A DNA stretch of 64,000 bases, from contig JBGQJK010000001.1 of assembly GCA_041499035.1 (NCBI GenBank), positions 12,314-76,313 on the forward strand. Reading direction: 5' to 3'. The position numbers and the translations under genes are program-made. The notes below the pieces were generated by a model, which made no database searches, was not told where the DNA came from, and saw nothing but the letters and a program-made list of their open reading frames with translations. The DNA is from Patescibacteria group bacterium. GTDB taxonomy: Bacteria; Patescibacteriota; Microgenomatia; UBA8517. Positions 30,275 to 39,515 of this stretch are shown here, one piece after another; position 1 is the stretch's first letter, and every line of letters begins with the position of its first letter.

Positions 30275-31497
30275 TAGTATTTAAAAGAATGGATACATTG
30301 GTTCTACGCAGTAAACTAAATCTCTTTTTTTCTTTTTTTAAAAGGAAAAAAGTGGCGGTTCCTATTATTTCTACTATTCTCACGATAGCAGTTGTTGTCA
30401 CGGGCGTTGCCTATATCCGCCAAAGGCAGGGACTCACTAAAGTTGGCGCGGCGGGTGTTGCTCTTCAGCTTCTTACAGCAAGTTCTACGGTAACTAAAGG
30501 TTCCGAGTTTAATGTTAATGTCTACATTGATACAAAAGGATTGGCCGTTACGGGTACACACTTAAGTGTTAAGTATGATCCGAATTTACTGCTTGGAGAA
30601 ACAATGACGGCAGGAACGGCTTTGCCGGTTGTATTTATTCCCGGACAAGTTTCCGCAGGCTCCGCAACCATTGATTTAGGTAGTACTCCCGCGGCTCCAC
30701 TTAACGGAACAGGAATCTTGGCAACAGTAAAGTTTAAAGTTTTAGGGCAGGGGACAACTACTGCCGTTTCAATGGATTCTTCAACCGGCGTTGCCGCTTT
30801 GGGACAGTCGGGTAACGTTGCGGGAACTCTACCTACTCTTAACCTGACGATTGCCGGTTTATCAACGCCCACGTCGACTCCGACCGCTACACCAACCCAC
30901 TCTCCTACGCCGACACCTTCCAAAACTCCTTCTCCCACACCAACCCCTACTAAAACTCCCACGCCTACGCCAACAAAAAGCCCATCGCCTACACCCACAC
31001 CGTCGAAAACACCAACACCTACTCCCAAACCGACGCCTACACCTAAACCAACTCCCACTCCTACCCCGGTGGCTCAGTGCAACAGTACTTGTACAACCAA
31101 TAGTAATTGTCCGTCAAACTTAATCTGCTCAGCAGGCAAGTGTAGAAATGCTGCCTGTACTGCTACGTTAAACTGTATTTGTGCTACGCCCACTCCCACA
31201 CCGAGTCCGACACCAACACCCACCCCCACGCCTACTCCGACACATTCTCCTACGCCTACACCATCACCCTCTCATTCCCCGGGAGCCTCGCCAACTGCCA
31301 GTCCATCTCCTTCAGGTATTGCTAAAGCGGGTGATGTTAACGGCGATGGCTTAGTTAACATTATCGATATAGGCATAATTATAGATAACTACGGGAAAAC
31401 TCCAGCAACAAGCAGCAACCCCAAAGCCGATATAAACGGCGACGGAATTATTAATATAGTTGATATCGGGGTAGTGGTAGATAACTACGGGAAGTAA
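30271..31497 (+). CDS. membrane-anchored scaffoldin-like protein: N-terminal TM, cohesin-like module, PT linker, Cys-rich module, PT linker, class-1 dockerin
   Basis: Cohesin-like hallmarks (LSVKYDPNLL ... ILATVKFKVLG); the Cys-rich stretch CNSTCTTNSNCPSNLICSAGKCRNAAC; and C-terminal GDVNGDGLVNIIDIGIIIDNYGK...DINGDGIINIVDIGVVVDNYGK. Confidence 0.55.
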   Translation: MIVFKRMDTLVLRSKLNLFFSFFKRKKVAVPIISTILTIAVVVTGVAYIRQRQGLTKVGAAGVALQLLTASSTVTKGSEFNVNVYIDTKGLAVTGTHLSVKYDPNLLLGETMTAGTALPVVFIPGQVSAGSATIDLGSTPAAPLNGTGILATVKFKVLGQGTTTAVSMDSSTGVAALGQSGNVAGTLPTLNLTIAGLSTPTSTPTATPTHSPTPTPSKTPSPTPTPTKTPTPTPTKSPSPTPTPSKTPTPTPKPTPTPKPTPTPTPVAQCNSTCTTNSNCPSNLICSAGKCRNAACTATLNCICATPTPTPSPTPTPTPTPTPTHSPTPTPSPSHSPGASPTASPSPSGIAKAGDVNGDGLVNIIDIGIIIDNYGKTPATSSNPKADINGDGIINIVDIGVVVDNYGK

Positions 31498-31505
31498 ACT
31501 TACAA

Positions 31506-31784
31506 TTATTTTGAAGTCCTCTGTTCTTGAACTCTGATAGTAATCTTACCAGTTGGTTGACCAGGAACCAGTAATGGGCAATAAAATGTATAGTACACCC
31601 CAGTGTGCTCTTGACTTCTGAAAAGACCTTCGTGTGCTGGATTGACCTTGGCTTTTGTAGCCAGAGCGTTTAGATCGATTGGCTCAGGCACGGTTTGGAC
31701 CAGCGATTTGAAAACATCCAAGTTACAGTTTCCAGGACATCCGGCACAGCGAGCAATATCTGCGACTAGTTCTGTAATAGCCAT
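31506..31784 (-). CDS. small DUF1858-like Cys protein (CxGCP ... IDLNAL)
   Basis: CAGCPGNC followed by an IDLNAL segment, resembling redox-disulfide DUF1858 proteins. Confidence 0.35.
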   Translation of the reverse strand: MAITELVADIARCAGCPGNCNLDVFKSLVQTVPEPIDLNALATKAKVNPAHEGLFRSQEHTGVYYTFYCPLLVPGQPTGKITIRVQEQRTSK

Positions 31785-31828
31785 AGGTCGTATTTATACC
31801 ACTTCCGTGCCTGTTAGTCAATTTTATA

Positions 31829-33367
31829 GTGTGGGAAAGAGTCATCTTGCCAAGCGGGGAGTGGCAGTTTAAACTACTAAACATGCAAAACTGGCTATTT
31901 AAGAATAAGACTATTCTTTCGATTCTCGATAAATATAAAGATATGTGGGCTCTAAGCTACGCCTCAGGAGTGGCCGGTTGGGATTTGGAGACATATATGC
32001 CAGAGATGGGCGCCATGGCCCGTGGTGAGGCACTAGGGAGGCTCTCAACTATCCGCCAGAGGCTCTTCTTGGACAAGGAGTTTATCGGTTTAATTCACCG
32101 GGCGGAAAAACAAAAAAATCTTACTGATCCAGAGCGCGGAGTCATCCGAGTTTTGCTTCACTCGCTCAAGTTCTACGAAAAGCTTCCACCCAAGTTTTTG
32201 GAGGATTTCAGCCGGCTTACAAGTCAGGCAACTGTAGTCTGGCGTGGGGCAAAAGCTAAAGACAACTTTAAACTCTTCGAGCCTCAGCTTTCAAAGATTT
32301 TTGATATGAATCGGCGAATGTCGGACTTCCTGGGCTACAAAGATTCACCATACGATGCGCTTCTCGATCAATTCGAGGAGGGCTTAACAAGCAGGGAAGT
32401 CGAACGCTTCTTTGGAGAAATAAAAGAACCACTTAAGAATCTACTTGTAAGAATCGAAAAGTCACCCAAGTTTTTCAAAAAACACAAACTGGAAAACGCT
32501 CTTTACGATGAAGCAACTATCAAGAGCTTAAATCTTAAAATAATGAAGCTCCTTTGGGCAGACTCCAGTCGTCTCCGGCTGGACATTTCAACTCATCCCT
32601 TCACCACCTCCTTTTCTAATACGGATACCCGTATAACTACATGGTATCACAAGAAGGATTTCGGTCGAAGCATACTGGCCGTGGTACACGAATTTGGTCA
32701 CGCTTTGTATGATTTGCAGTGTACAGATCAACTTGAGATGACTCCTATTCAAGGGGGGTCCTCCTTGGTGATACATGAGTCGCAAAGTAGGTTCTGGGAA
32801 AATTTTGTGGGCAGAAGCGAAAGCTTCATCCAATATTTCCTTAAAGACATGAGCGCTGCGGTACAACTTAAACTTTCCGCTGGCGAAGTCTACTCCTATT
32901 TCAATAAGGTCAGGCCCGGGCTCCTTAGAGTCGAGGCCGACGAGGTTACATACCACTTCCATATTATGCTCAGATTTGAAATCGAAAAAGGCTTAATCGA
33001 GGGTAAACTTAAAGTAAAAGACTTGCCGGAAATTTGGAATTCAAAAATGAAAGATTACCTGGGAATTGTACCAAAGCGCGATTCTGATGGGATCTTGCAG
33101 GATATTCATTGGAGCATGGGGAGCGTCGGCTACTTTCCGACATATTCGCTTGGAACTTTTCTCGGCGCGCAGTGGGAACATGAAATCTCAAATATGAAAA
33201 TAAGCAAATCTACAAATTACAAAGAAATAGAAAAATGGCTGGGGGAACATATTCATAAGTACGGATCTACCTACACACTCGAGGAGCTATTGAAGAAAAA
33301 TGGAATGAAGTTCGATCCCAAAGTGAATCTGAATTATCTCCTGGAAAAATACTCCAAGATATATTAA
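31829..33367 (+). CDS. M32 carboxypeptidase (Taq-type)
   Basis: HEFGHALYD (HEXXH) and the IQDIHWS...GYFPTYSLG motif. The start may be the later Met (MQNW..., about 31880). Confidence 0.75.
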   Translation: MWERVILPSGEWQFKLLNMQNWLFKNKTILSILDKYKDMWALSYASGVAGWDLETYMPEMGAMARGEALGRLSTIRQRLFLDKEFIGLIHRAEKQKNLTDPERGVIRVLLHSLKFYEKLPPKFLEDFSRLTSQATVVWRGAKAKDNFKLFEPQLSKIFDMNRRMSDFLGYKDSPYDALLDQFEEGLTSREVERFFGEIKEPLKNLLVRIEKSPKFFKKHKLENALYDEATIKSLNLKIMKLLWADSSRLRLDISTHPFTTSFSNTDTRITTWYHKKDFGRSILAVVHEFGHALYDLQCTDQLEMTPIQGGSSLVIHESQSRFWENFVGRSESFIQYFLKDMSAAVQLKLSAGEVYSYFNKVRPGLLRVEADEVTYHFHIMLRFEIEKGLIEGKLKVKDLPEIWNSKMKDYLGIVPKRDSDGILQDIHWSMGSVGYFPTYSLGTFLGAQWEHEISNMKISKSTNYKEIEKWLGEHIHKYGSTYTLEELLKKNGMKFDPKVNLNYLLEKYSKIY

Positions 33368-33396
33368 TTTTTGCTTTTTTATTTACAAAATGGGGC

Positions 33397-33425
33397 TTGA
33401 CACACTTGTAGTACTTTGATATTTT
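33397..33425 (+). promoter_or_regulatory. candidate sigma-70-type promoter (TTGACA-N17-TATTTT) upstream of the HTH gene
   Basis: The 11-mer CTTGACACACT is repeated at 33993-34003, upstream of the next gene. Confidence 0.3.
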
Positions 33426-33467
33426 CTGATTAAGAAAGATAAGTGATAGGCAGGGGAGTACATCAAA

Positions 33468-33686
33468 ATGGAACCAACTACTAAAAAGAAAGTCAGATTA
33501 GAAAATCTTCCGGACCTTCTTACAGTCCGTGAAGTTGCAGATATTTTAAGAGTCTCTCCTTTAACAATTAAACGGTGGGGCAAGCGCGGCAAGCTGCCCG
33601 CAATTCGCATTAACTCACGTGGCGACCGCAGATATAAAAAAGAAGCGGTCCTCTGGCTTCTCGGGATGCAGGGTAAGGAAGAATAA
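33468..33686 (+). CDS. excisionase-family helix-turn-helix DNA-binding protein
   Basis: LLTVREVADILRVSPLTIKRWGKRGKLPAIRI matches the excisionase/MerR-type HTH pattern. Confidence 0.55.
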   Translation: MEPTTKKKVRLENLPDLLTVREVADILRVSPLTIKRWGKRGKLPAIRINSRGDRRYKKEAVLWLLGMQGKEE

Positions 33687-33689
33687 TAC

Positions 33690-33980
33690 ATGGGTATTAG
33701 AGTTGAAGGAGATCTTACCTCAGAGGGAGTTGCGCTTCGAGTACTTAGCCCCACACCTCAACTAAAACTAATTTCAAAAGATGCAGAGGCCGGACTAATT
33801 TTTAATATTATTACTGAAACTTGTTCACGTTGTGAACTTTTTCAAAAAGACTGTAACGGTGCGGGATCGGTTTCAGAGGGCGGCAATAATATTGTTTTGG
33901 AAAAGGGCACAAAAGAACCGGTTAAGAGAAGGAACTGTAGAATTCCCGGCAGAAGCTTTGAGACTTTAGTAGATTCATAG
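33690..33980 (+). CDS. hypothetical protein
   Basis: An ORF only. Confidence 0.25.
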   Translation: MGIRVEGDLTSEGVALRVLSPTPQLKLISKDAEAGLIFNIITETCSRCELFQKDCNGAGSVSEGGNNIVLEKGTKEPVKRRNCRIPGRSFETLVDS

Positions 33981-34027
33981 GTTAGAATCCACTTGACACA
34001 CTCACCGGCAAAAGCTTAAATGTATGC

Positions 34028-34486
34028 ATGGTAGCTAGAGTTTTTGTCAAAAGGGGATTTGGTTTAATGTATCTTTCTATGGCGGTTTTAATGCTTCTTG
34101 TGGGCGCTTTTTTTGTTGTGAACGGAAATTTTAGTATTAACGCAGGTGCGCATTTTTTGAATTCAAAAAGGGGAATTTTGAGGAAAGACTTAAATCATAA
34201 TTATCCCTGCAACAGAGGAGTAAAGGCTGATTACGTAATCCAGGATCCGGCGAATGCTCAAAATTGTACTCCGGTAATTGCAAACCCAAGCGACGCGGAA
34301 AAGACAGTTGGTCATAATGTTCAGTTGAATGGAGTTGAGTTTGGAGGAAGATTTTTTACGACAGGTGTTACAACCATTCCTGATTCAGGAGTTTTGCCCA
34401 GTTCGCCTCCAACCTATCTTAAACCGTTTCATACTCCGGGCCCAACGGGTGGTTGGACGGGACCCGCAACGAGGAATCTTTATTAA
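34028..34486 (+). CDS. hypothetical membrane/secreted protein
   Basis: An N-terminal TM helix, and a TTGACACACT promoter-like motif upstream. Confidence 0.3.
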   Translation: MVARVFVKRGFGLMYLSMAVLMLLVGAFFVVNGNFSINAGAHFLNSKRGILRKDLNHNYPCNRGVKADYVIQDPANAQNCTPVIANPSDAEKTVGHNVQLNGVEFGGRFFTTGVTTIPDSGVLPSSPPTYLKPFHTPGPTGGWTGPATRNLY

Positions 34487-36213
34487 TCCAGTTTAATTTG
34501 TAGATTCCAGAAGTGGGAATAGAGGCTGTTCTTGTTCTTGAGCAAGCTCTCGTGAGTACCGACCTCTTTGATCTTACCGTATTCCATGACAACGATCTTA
34601 TCTGCTCTCATAACGGTAGATAAGCGGTGGGCGATAATAATAGTAGTTTTGCCCCTCCTGGCCTTCCAGAATGCATCCTGAATGAGCTTTTCGCTCTCGG
34701 AGTCCAAGTGGCTGGTTGCTTCATCAAAGACCACAATGTTGGGGTCGCTTAGTATCATCCTGGCGATTGCCAACCTTTGCTTCTGGCCTCCGGAAAGCTT
34801 GACCCCGCGTTCACCAACCTCTGTATTATATTTTTCTTTTAATCCCTCTATAAATTTATCGATATTGGCAAGGCGTGAGGCTGCTTTGATTTCGCTCAAA
34901 GTGGGGCTGTCTTTACCGTAGCCAATATTGTAGGCTATCGTGTTGTTGAACAGTATCGGTTCCTGGGGAACCACACCGACAAAACCCCGGAGTGTGCTCT
35001 TTGTAAAATCTTTAATGTTTATAGAGTCGACTGTAATTTCACCCGAGTCTATGTCATAAAATCTCATCAAAAGCTTTGCCAGAGTGGTTTTACCTGATCC
35101 ACTTCTCCCTACCAATGCTACAGACTCTCCCTGGTTAATTTTCAAACTAATACCGTTAATTGCATTTTTAGTCCGGCCGTTATAAGTAAAATGGACGTTA
35201 CTAAAGTTAATTTTGCCGTAAACATGGTCTATTTTGATAGGTTTTGCAGGATCTTTTACCTCAACTGAATAATCAAATAAGCCGATGTATTTTTGAATGT
35301 CGGAATAGCTCCTGGCGAAGTCCCTTAGACTCCAAACCACATCCCAAAGCCTGGGGAAAATGGTTGCTACAAATGCGGTGACCAGGACAAAATCGCCAAC
35401 GCTCATTTTAAGAGAGACTGTTGAATTGATGCTAAAAAGAAGCATTGCAAAGATTCCCAAATTTATTATTCCGCCGATAGTAAGATTAATTATTCTGTAG
35501 CTGTTTACAAATGTCCAAAGTTTGCTTTTCCAGGGGACAAAGGCTTGGCCCAGCCTGCCCAACTCCCATCTTTCTCTGGCAAACAGCTTGACTGTTTCAT
35601 AGTTAATAAGGTTATCTGTAATTACGTCAGTGACTTTATCCTCCTCGTCATTAAATGCGTTCCTTTTGGCGATATTATTTTCCAGAAGAAATTTTGTAGC
35701 AATAAGGGTTAGGATAATCGAAACAAGCACGATTAGGGCGATTATTGGGTCCAGTTGTGAAAAGAAGTACATCATCACGCCAAAGCTGACCAAAACGCTT
35801 AAAATTCTATGGTGGATAATGAACGAAAAATCAAAAAAGGCATTATCGCCACGCTTGAAAGCTGAAATCAGGGAACCGGTACTCTTATTTGAGTGGAAAA
35901 TAAAATCGAGATCCTGGACCCAGGAGAAAACCTCCGTTCTTAGTTTTGCTGCTCCCTCTATAAGCACATTATTTCCGGCCCAAAAAGCGAATTCATTAAG
36001 GACCAAACTTAATAGAGCAACCCCTATGTAGCTGATAAGTATTTGGAAGAGCCGGTCGTAGTTTTGTGCCGGAATAGCCTCAACAAAAAGTTTGTAAAAG
36101 TAGGGCGTGAGGCTCCCCAGGGCACTTGAGATGATAATCAGCAAAATATAGCCCGTGTATGCGAGGCGTTTTTCTGCTATAAACCTAAAGAACATTTTGA
36201 ATGTTTTATACAT
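34483..36213 (-). CDS. ABC exporter, fused permease-ATPase (MsbA-like)
   Basis: Six-TM N-terminal domain, Walker A GRSGSGKTT, signature LSGGQKQR, Walker B VVFDEATS. Confidence 0.85.
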   Translation of the reverse strand: MYKTFKMFFRFIAEKRLAYTGYILLIIISSALGSLTPYFYKLFVEAIPAQNYDRLFQILISYIGVALLSLVLNEFAFWAGNNVLIEGAAKLRTEVFSWVQDLDFIFHSNKSTGSLISAFKRGDNAFFDFSFIIHHRILSVLVSFGVMMYFFSQLDPIIALIVLVSIILTLIATKFLLENNIAKRNAFNDEEDKVTDVITDNLINYETVKLFARERWELGRLGQAFVPWKSKLWTFVNSYRIINLTIGGIINLGIFAMLLFSINSTVSLKMSVGDFVLVTAFVATIFPRLWDVVWSLRDFARSYSDIQKYIGLFDYSVEVKDPAKPIKIDHVYGKINFSNVHFTYNGRTKNAINGISLKINQGESVALVGRSGSGKTTLAKLLMRFYDIDSGEITVDSINIKDFTKSTLRGFVGVVPQEPILFNNTIAYNIGYGKDSPTLSEIKAASRLANIDKFIEGLKEKYNTEVGERGVKLSGGQKQRLAIARMILSDPNIVVFDEATSHLDSESEKLIQDAFWKARRGKTTIIIAHRLSTVMRADKIVVMEYGKIKEVGTHESLLKNKNSLYSHFWNLQIKLD

Positions 36214-36302
36214 TTTTTGGACGCCTAAAATCCCCCGTGGGGGAAATAGTGCGGCGAGACTAAATTGTATGCTATAATGCAGACACTTTCAACTAATTTT
36301 CC

Positions 36303-37199
36303 ATGCGAAAAGTAACCTTTTTGATATTTTTAGTGGTTTTGAGCCTGAATCTGGCTCTTCCTAGCCGTGCTCTGGCCAGAGCTATTCCGACAATCAGTCC
36401 GTCCCCGGAGGCCAGCGCCAGCGCTACACCCGTAGCTACGGTAGCCCCCACGCCTGTTCCCGACATCACTCAAAAGACTCAGGAAACGCTGGGCCCGCTT
36501 GAACAGCTTCTTAAATCTCAAAACTTGGCCTCGGTTTGGCCATATAATCCGATTAAATATGCTATCCGCGGGGCGGTTGCCGCGGGGGTGCCTGCCAACA
36601 CAATAGTCCTTCTGCTCCTACTCCCAATCATGACTTTTGTTATTGCGTTCAGCCGGAATGTGGTCGGGATCAGGGGCTTTGGAATTTTCCTGCCGGCTGC
36701 CTTATCTGTCGTATTTGTGGCTACCGGGCCAATTGTCGGAATAGGGCTTTTCCTTATTATCGTTGCGGTTTCAACATTTCTCAGGCTGGTTCTTAGAAAA
36801 CTTAAGATTAAGCTCCAGTACTTGCCCAGAATGGCATTTATTCTTTGGGGAGTGGTTATAGGCGTACTTGGTGCGTTATTCCTGGCTTCATACTTACGAT
36901 TTACAGAGCTTAGTAATGTTTCCATTTTCGCGGTTCTTATCCTTGTTCTTCTTTCGGAAGACTTTACTAGGGTGCAACTTGGTAAAAGCGCCAAAACGGC
37001 GGTAAACCTGACATTCGAGACTTTACTACTTTCCCTTATTTCTTACTTCTTTTTGACGCTTAAGCCATTGCAGGAGTATGTGCTTCTTAACCCGGAAATC
37101 TCCCTTATTGGCGTTGCCGCGCTCGATCTACTTTTAGGTAAATATACGGGACTCAGGATCATGGAGTTTTACCGTTTCAGAAAACTAATAAATTCATGA
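36303..37199 (+). CDS. polytopic membrane protein (7TM-like), possible partner of the downstream ATP-grasp
   Basis: A signal peptide, a P/A/T-rich linker and about six or seven hydrophobic helices. Confidence 0.45.
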   Translation: MRKVTFLIFLVVLSLNLALPSRALARAIPTISPSPEASASATPVATVAPTPVPDITQKTQETLGPLEQLLKSQNLASVWPYNPIKYAIRGAVAAGVPANTIVLLLLLPIMTFVIAFSRNVVGIRGFGIFLPAALSVVFVATGPIVGIGLFLIIVAVSTFLRLVLRKLKIKLQYLPRMAFILWGVVIGVLGALFLASYLRFTELSNVSIFAVLILVLLSEDFTRVQLGKSAKTAVNLTFETLLLSLISYFFLTLKPLQEYVLLNPEISLIGVAALDLLLGKYTGLRIMEFYRFRKLINS

Positions 37200-37305
37200 G
37201 GCAGATTTACCATTTTTCATTTTCCACTTTCCATTTATTTTCTAATTTCCAATTGACAAATTACAAATAGATGGCAGATGACAGATTGAAAATCGAAAAT
37301 TAAAT

Positions 37306-38622
37306 ATGAAGCTATCCTCAATTTTAGGATTAAATGCCCGGTCACAACTTTTTGCATACCGTTACAACAGTAGGCGCGGTAAAAACATTGCCGATTCAAA
37401 AATCCAGACAGCGGGGGTTCTGAAACGCGCGGGTGTAGCCACCCCAAAAATTTATAAGAAGTTTAGAGATCCAAACGATGTTACAACTTTTGACTGGAAC
37501 AGCCTGCCCGACAGGTTTGCTCTTAAACCGAGTAGAGGTTTGGGCGGGGAGGGAATCGTAGTTGTTAAAAAGAAGCTTAAAGATGGAGGCTGGCTTACAA
37601 CTCAGAAGGAACGTCTTACAGCAAGCGATCTGAAATTGCATAGCCTGGACACTCTGGAAGGCGCTTACTCAATGGGTAATATTCCGGATGTAGCATTTGT
37701 TCAGGAGTATGTTGGACGCCACCCCGTTTTTAGACGCTGGGCTTACCGCGGTACACCCGATATCCGTGTTATCATTTTCAATAAAGTTCCGGTAATGGCG
37801 ATGCTTAGGTTGCCCACAAAAGAGAGCGGCGGCAGGGCTAACCTGCACCAGGGAGCGGTCGGAGTAGGTGTTGATATAGCCACGGGGATAACCACAAAGG
37901 CGATTTGGCACGGGGACCAAATTGTATTCAAACCGGGGACAACCAGGAAACTCCGGGGAATAAAAATACCCGATTGGAATCAAATACTCGTTACCGCGGT
38001 TAACGCCCAAATAGCTTCACACCTCGGGTATATCGGGGTTGACATTGTTCTTCATCCGGAAAAAGGCCCCATGGTTCTTGAAATGAATGCCCAGCCGGGT
38101 CTTCAAATTCAGCTAGCAAATATGGAGGGCCTTAAGAGGAGGTTGGATAGAATTGATGAGTTGGAAGTTCGGGATGCAGAGCACGGAGTTAAAATTGCCA
38201 AAGCCCTTTTTGCCGGCCGTTTTGCGGATAGGGCGGCTGTTGAGGAAGGAATCAAAACAGTTAAGTCAGTGGAGGAAGTAAAAGTTTTATCCTCCGATTT
38301 AAATAGGGTTCCGGTACTTGCCAAAATAGACACCGGAGCTTGGTCTTCGGCAATTGATAAAAAGTTTGCCAAGGAGCTGGGAATTTTAAATAAAGACAAA
38401 GTCCTTTGGTATAAAAGAAAACTAAGCGCTTTGGGGGAAGAAGACCGACCGGTTATTCCTGTGACCTTCTGGCTTGCGGGTAGGAAAATTAAAACTGACA
38501 TGACTGTGGCTGACAGGAAACTCCTAAGGTATCAAATCCTGATCGGTAGGGTTGACCTGCAAGGCTTTTTAGTCAGCCCGGAAATAGACAAAGATAATTT
38601 GCGCGAGGCCAAGTGGAAATAG
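37306..38622 (+). CDS. RimK-like ATP-grasp ligase fused to a C-terminal retropepsin-like (DTG) domain
   Basis: ATP-grasp core (IVVVKK..., EMNAQPGL) and a C-terminal AKIDTGAWSSAID aspartic-protease-like motif. Confidence 0.6.
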   Translation: MKLSSILGLNARSQLFAYRYNSRRGKNIADSKIQTAGVLKRAGVATPKIYKKFRDPNDVTTFDWNSLPDRFALKPSRGLGGEGIVVVKKKLKDGGWLTTQKERLTASDLKLHSLDTLEGAYSMGNIPDVAFVQEYVGRHPVFRRWAYRGTPDIRVIIFNKVPVMAMLRLPTKESGGRANLHQGAVGVGVDIATGITTKAIWHGDQIVFKPGTTRKLRGIKIPDWNQILVTAVNAQIASHLGYIGVDIVLHPEKGPMVLEMNAQPGLQIQLANMEGLKRRLDRIDELEVRDAEHGVKIAKALFAGRFADRAAVEEGIKTVKSVEEVKVLSSDLNRVPVLAKIDTGAWSSAIDKKFAKELGILNKDKVLWYKRKLSALGEEDRPVIPVTFWLAGRKIKTDMTVADRKLLRYQILIGRVDLQGFLVSPEIDKDNLREAKWK

Positions 38623-39515
38623 TCGTGAAAAAAATATTGATTTTAACCAGTGGAAAAAAGAGCAAGCTCAGAGCTTTTAAATTGTCTCAACGCGACTTAA
38701 GTTTGGACCTGACAACGGCATCATTTAATGATGTCTATTTTGATTCGGGAAACCGTGAAGTATTTCTTAAAGGGAGAACGAATTTAAAAGCTTTTAATGT
38801 AATTTACTTCCGTTTGGTCGGGAAGTCGCTTGAAACGGCTGCGTTAGTTGCCGAGTATGCCAAGAGAAATAGAATACAAATTGTAGACAAAGTATATACT
38901 AAATCCCAAGTATTCCCCGTAACTCAGAGCAAGACTCAGGAAATGAAATCGTTATCAGATGCCAAAATCCCGATTCCCAAAACGTTCTTCGGGTCTCTGA
39001 CCCAAATTATCAAAAAATCTAAAGAAACCTTTGGATTTCCGTTTGTAATTAAAAGCACTTCGGGAAGCCGGGGACGCGAAGTATATAGTCCAAGGGACGG
39101 CGAAGAGCTTAAGAGTCTTGTTGGTATTCTTTCCAAGGAAGAAAAAGCCGGTAAAAAGTTTTTTGCTCAGGAATTTATCAATTGCACAAAAAGGGTTAGG
39201 GTACTCACCGTTGGAGGCAAAATAATGGGTTCGATTTCCCAGCTGACCAAATGGCGCAAGAGGGTTTCGGGTTACACGCCCCGGGAAGATGAAAAGAAGA
39301 TAGACAAGTTCTATCCTTCGAGTGACATGCAAAAGCTGGCTCTGTCTGCGGTCTCTGCCGTGGGGATCGATATTGCCGGGGTAGACATTTTAATTGACGA
39401 AAGAAGTGGCAGAAGTTTTGTCATTGAAGTTAACGCCGCCCCGAGTTGGAATTTAATTAAAAAATACTGCAAAGTTAATGTTGAATATGAAATCCTCAAA
39501 TTTATATCGAGATAA
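38613..39515 (+). CDS. RimK/LysX-family ATP-grasp peptide ligase
   Basis: FVIKSTSGSRGREV, RVLTVGGKIMG and VIEVNAAPSW. Confidence 0.6.
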   Translation: MEIVVKKILILTSGKKSKLRAFKLSQRDLSLDLTTASFNDVYFDSGNREVFLKGRTNLKAFNVIYFRLVGKSLETAALVAEYAKRNRIQIVDKVYTKSQVFPVTQSKTQEMKSLSDAKIPIPKTFFGSLTQIIKKSKETFGFPFVIKSTSGSRGREVYSPRDGEELKSLVGILSKEEKAGKKFFAQEFINCTKRVRVLTVGGKIMGSISQLTKWRKRVSGYTPREDEKKIDKFYPSSDMQKLALSAVSAVGIDIAGVDILIDERSGRSFVIEVNAAPSWNLIKKYCKVNVEYEILKFISR

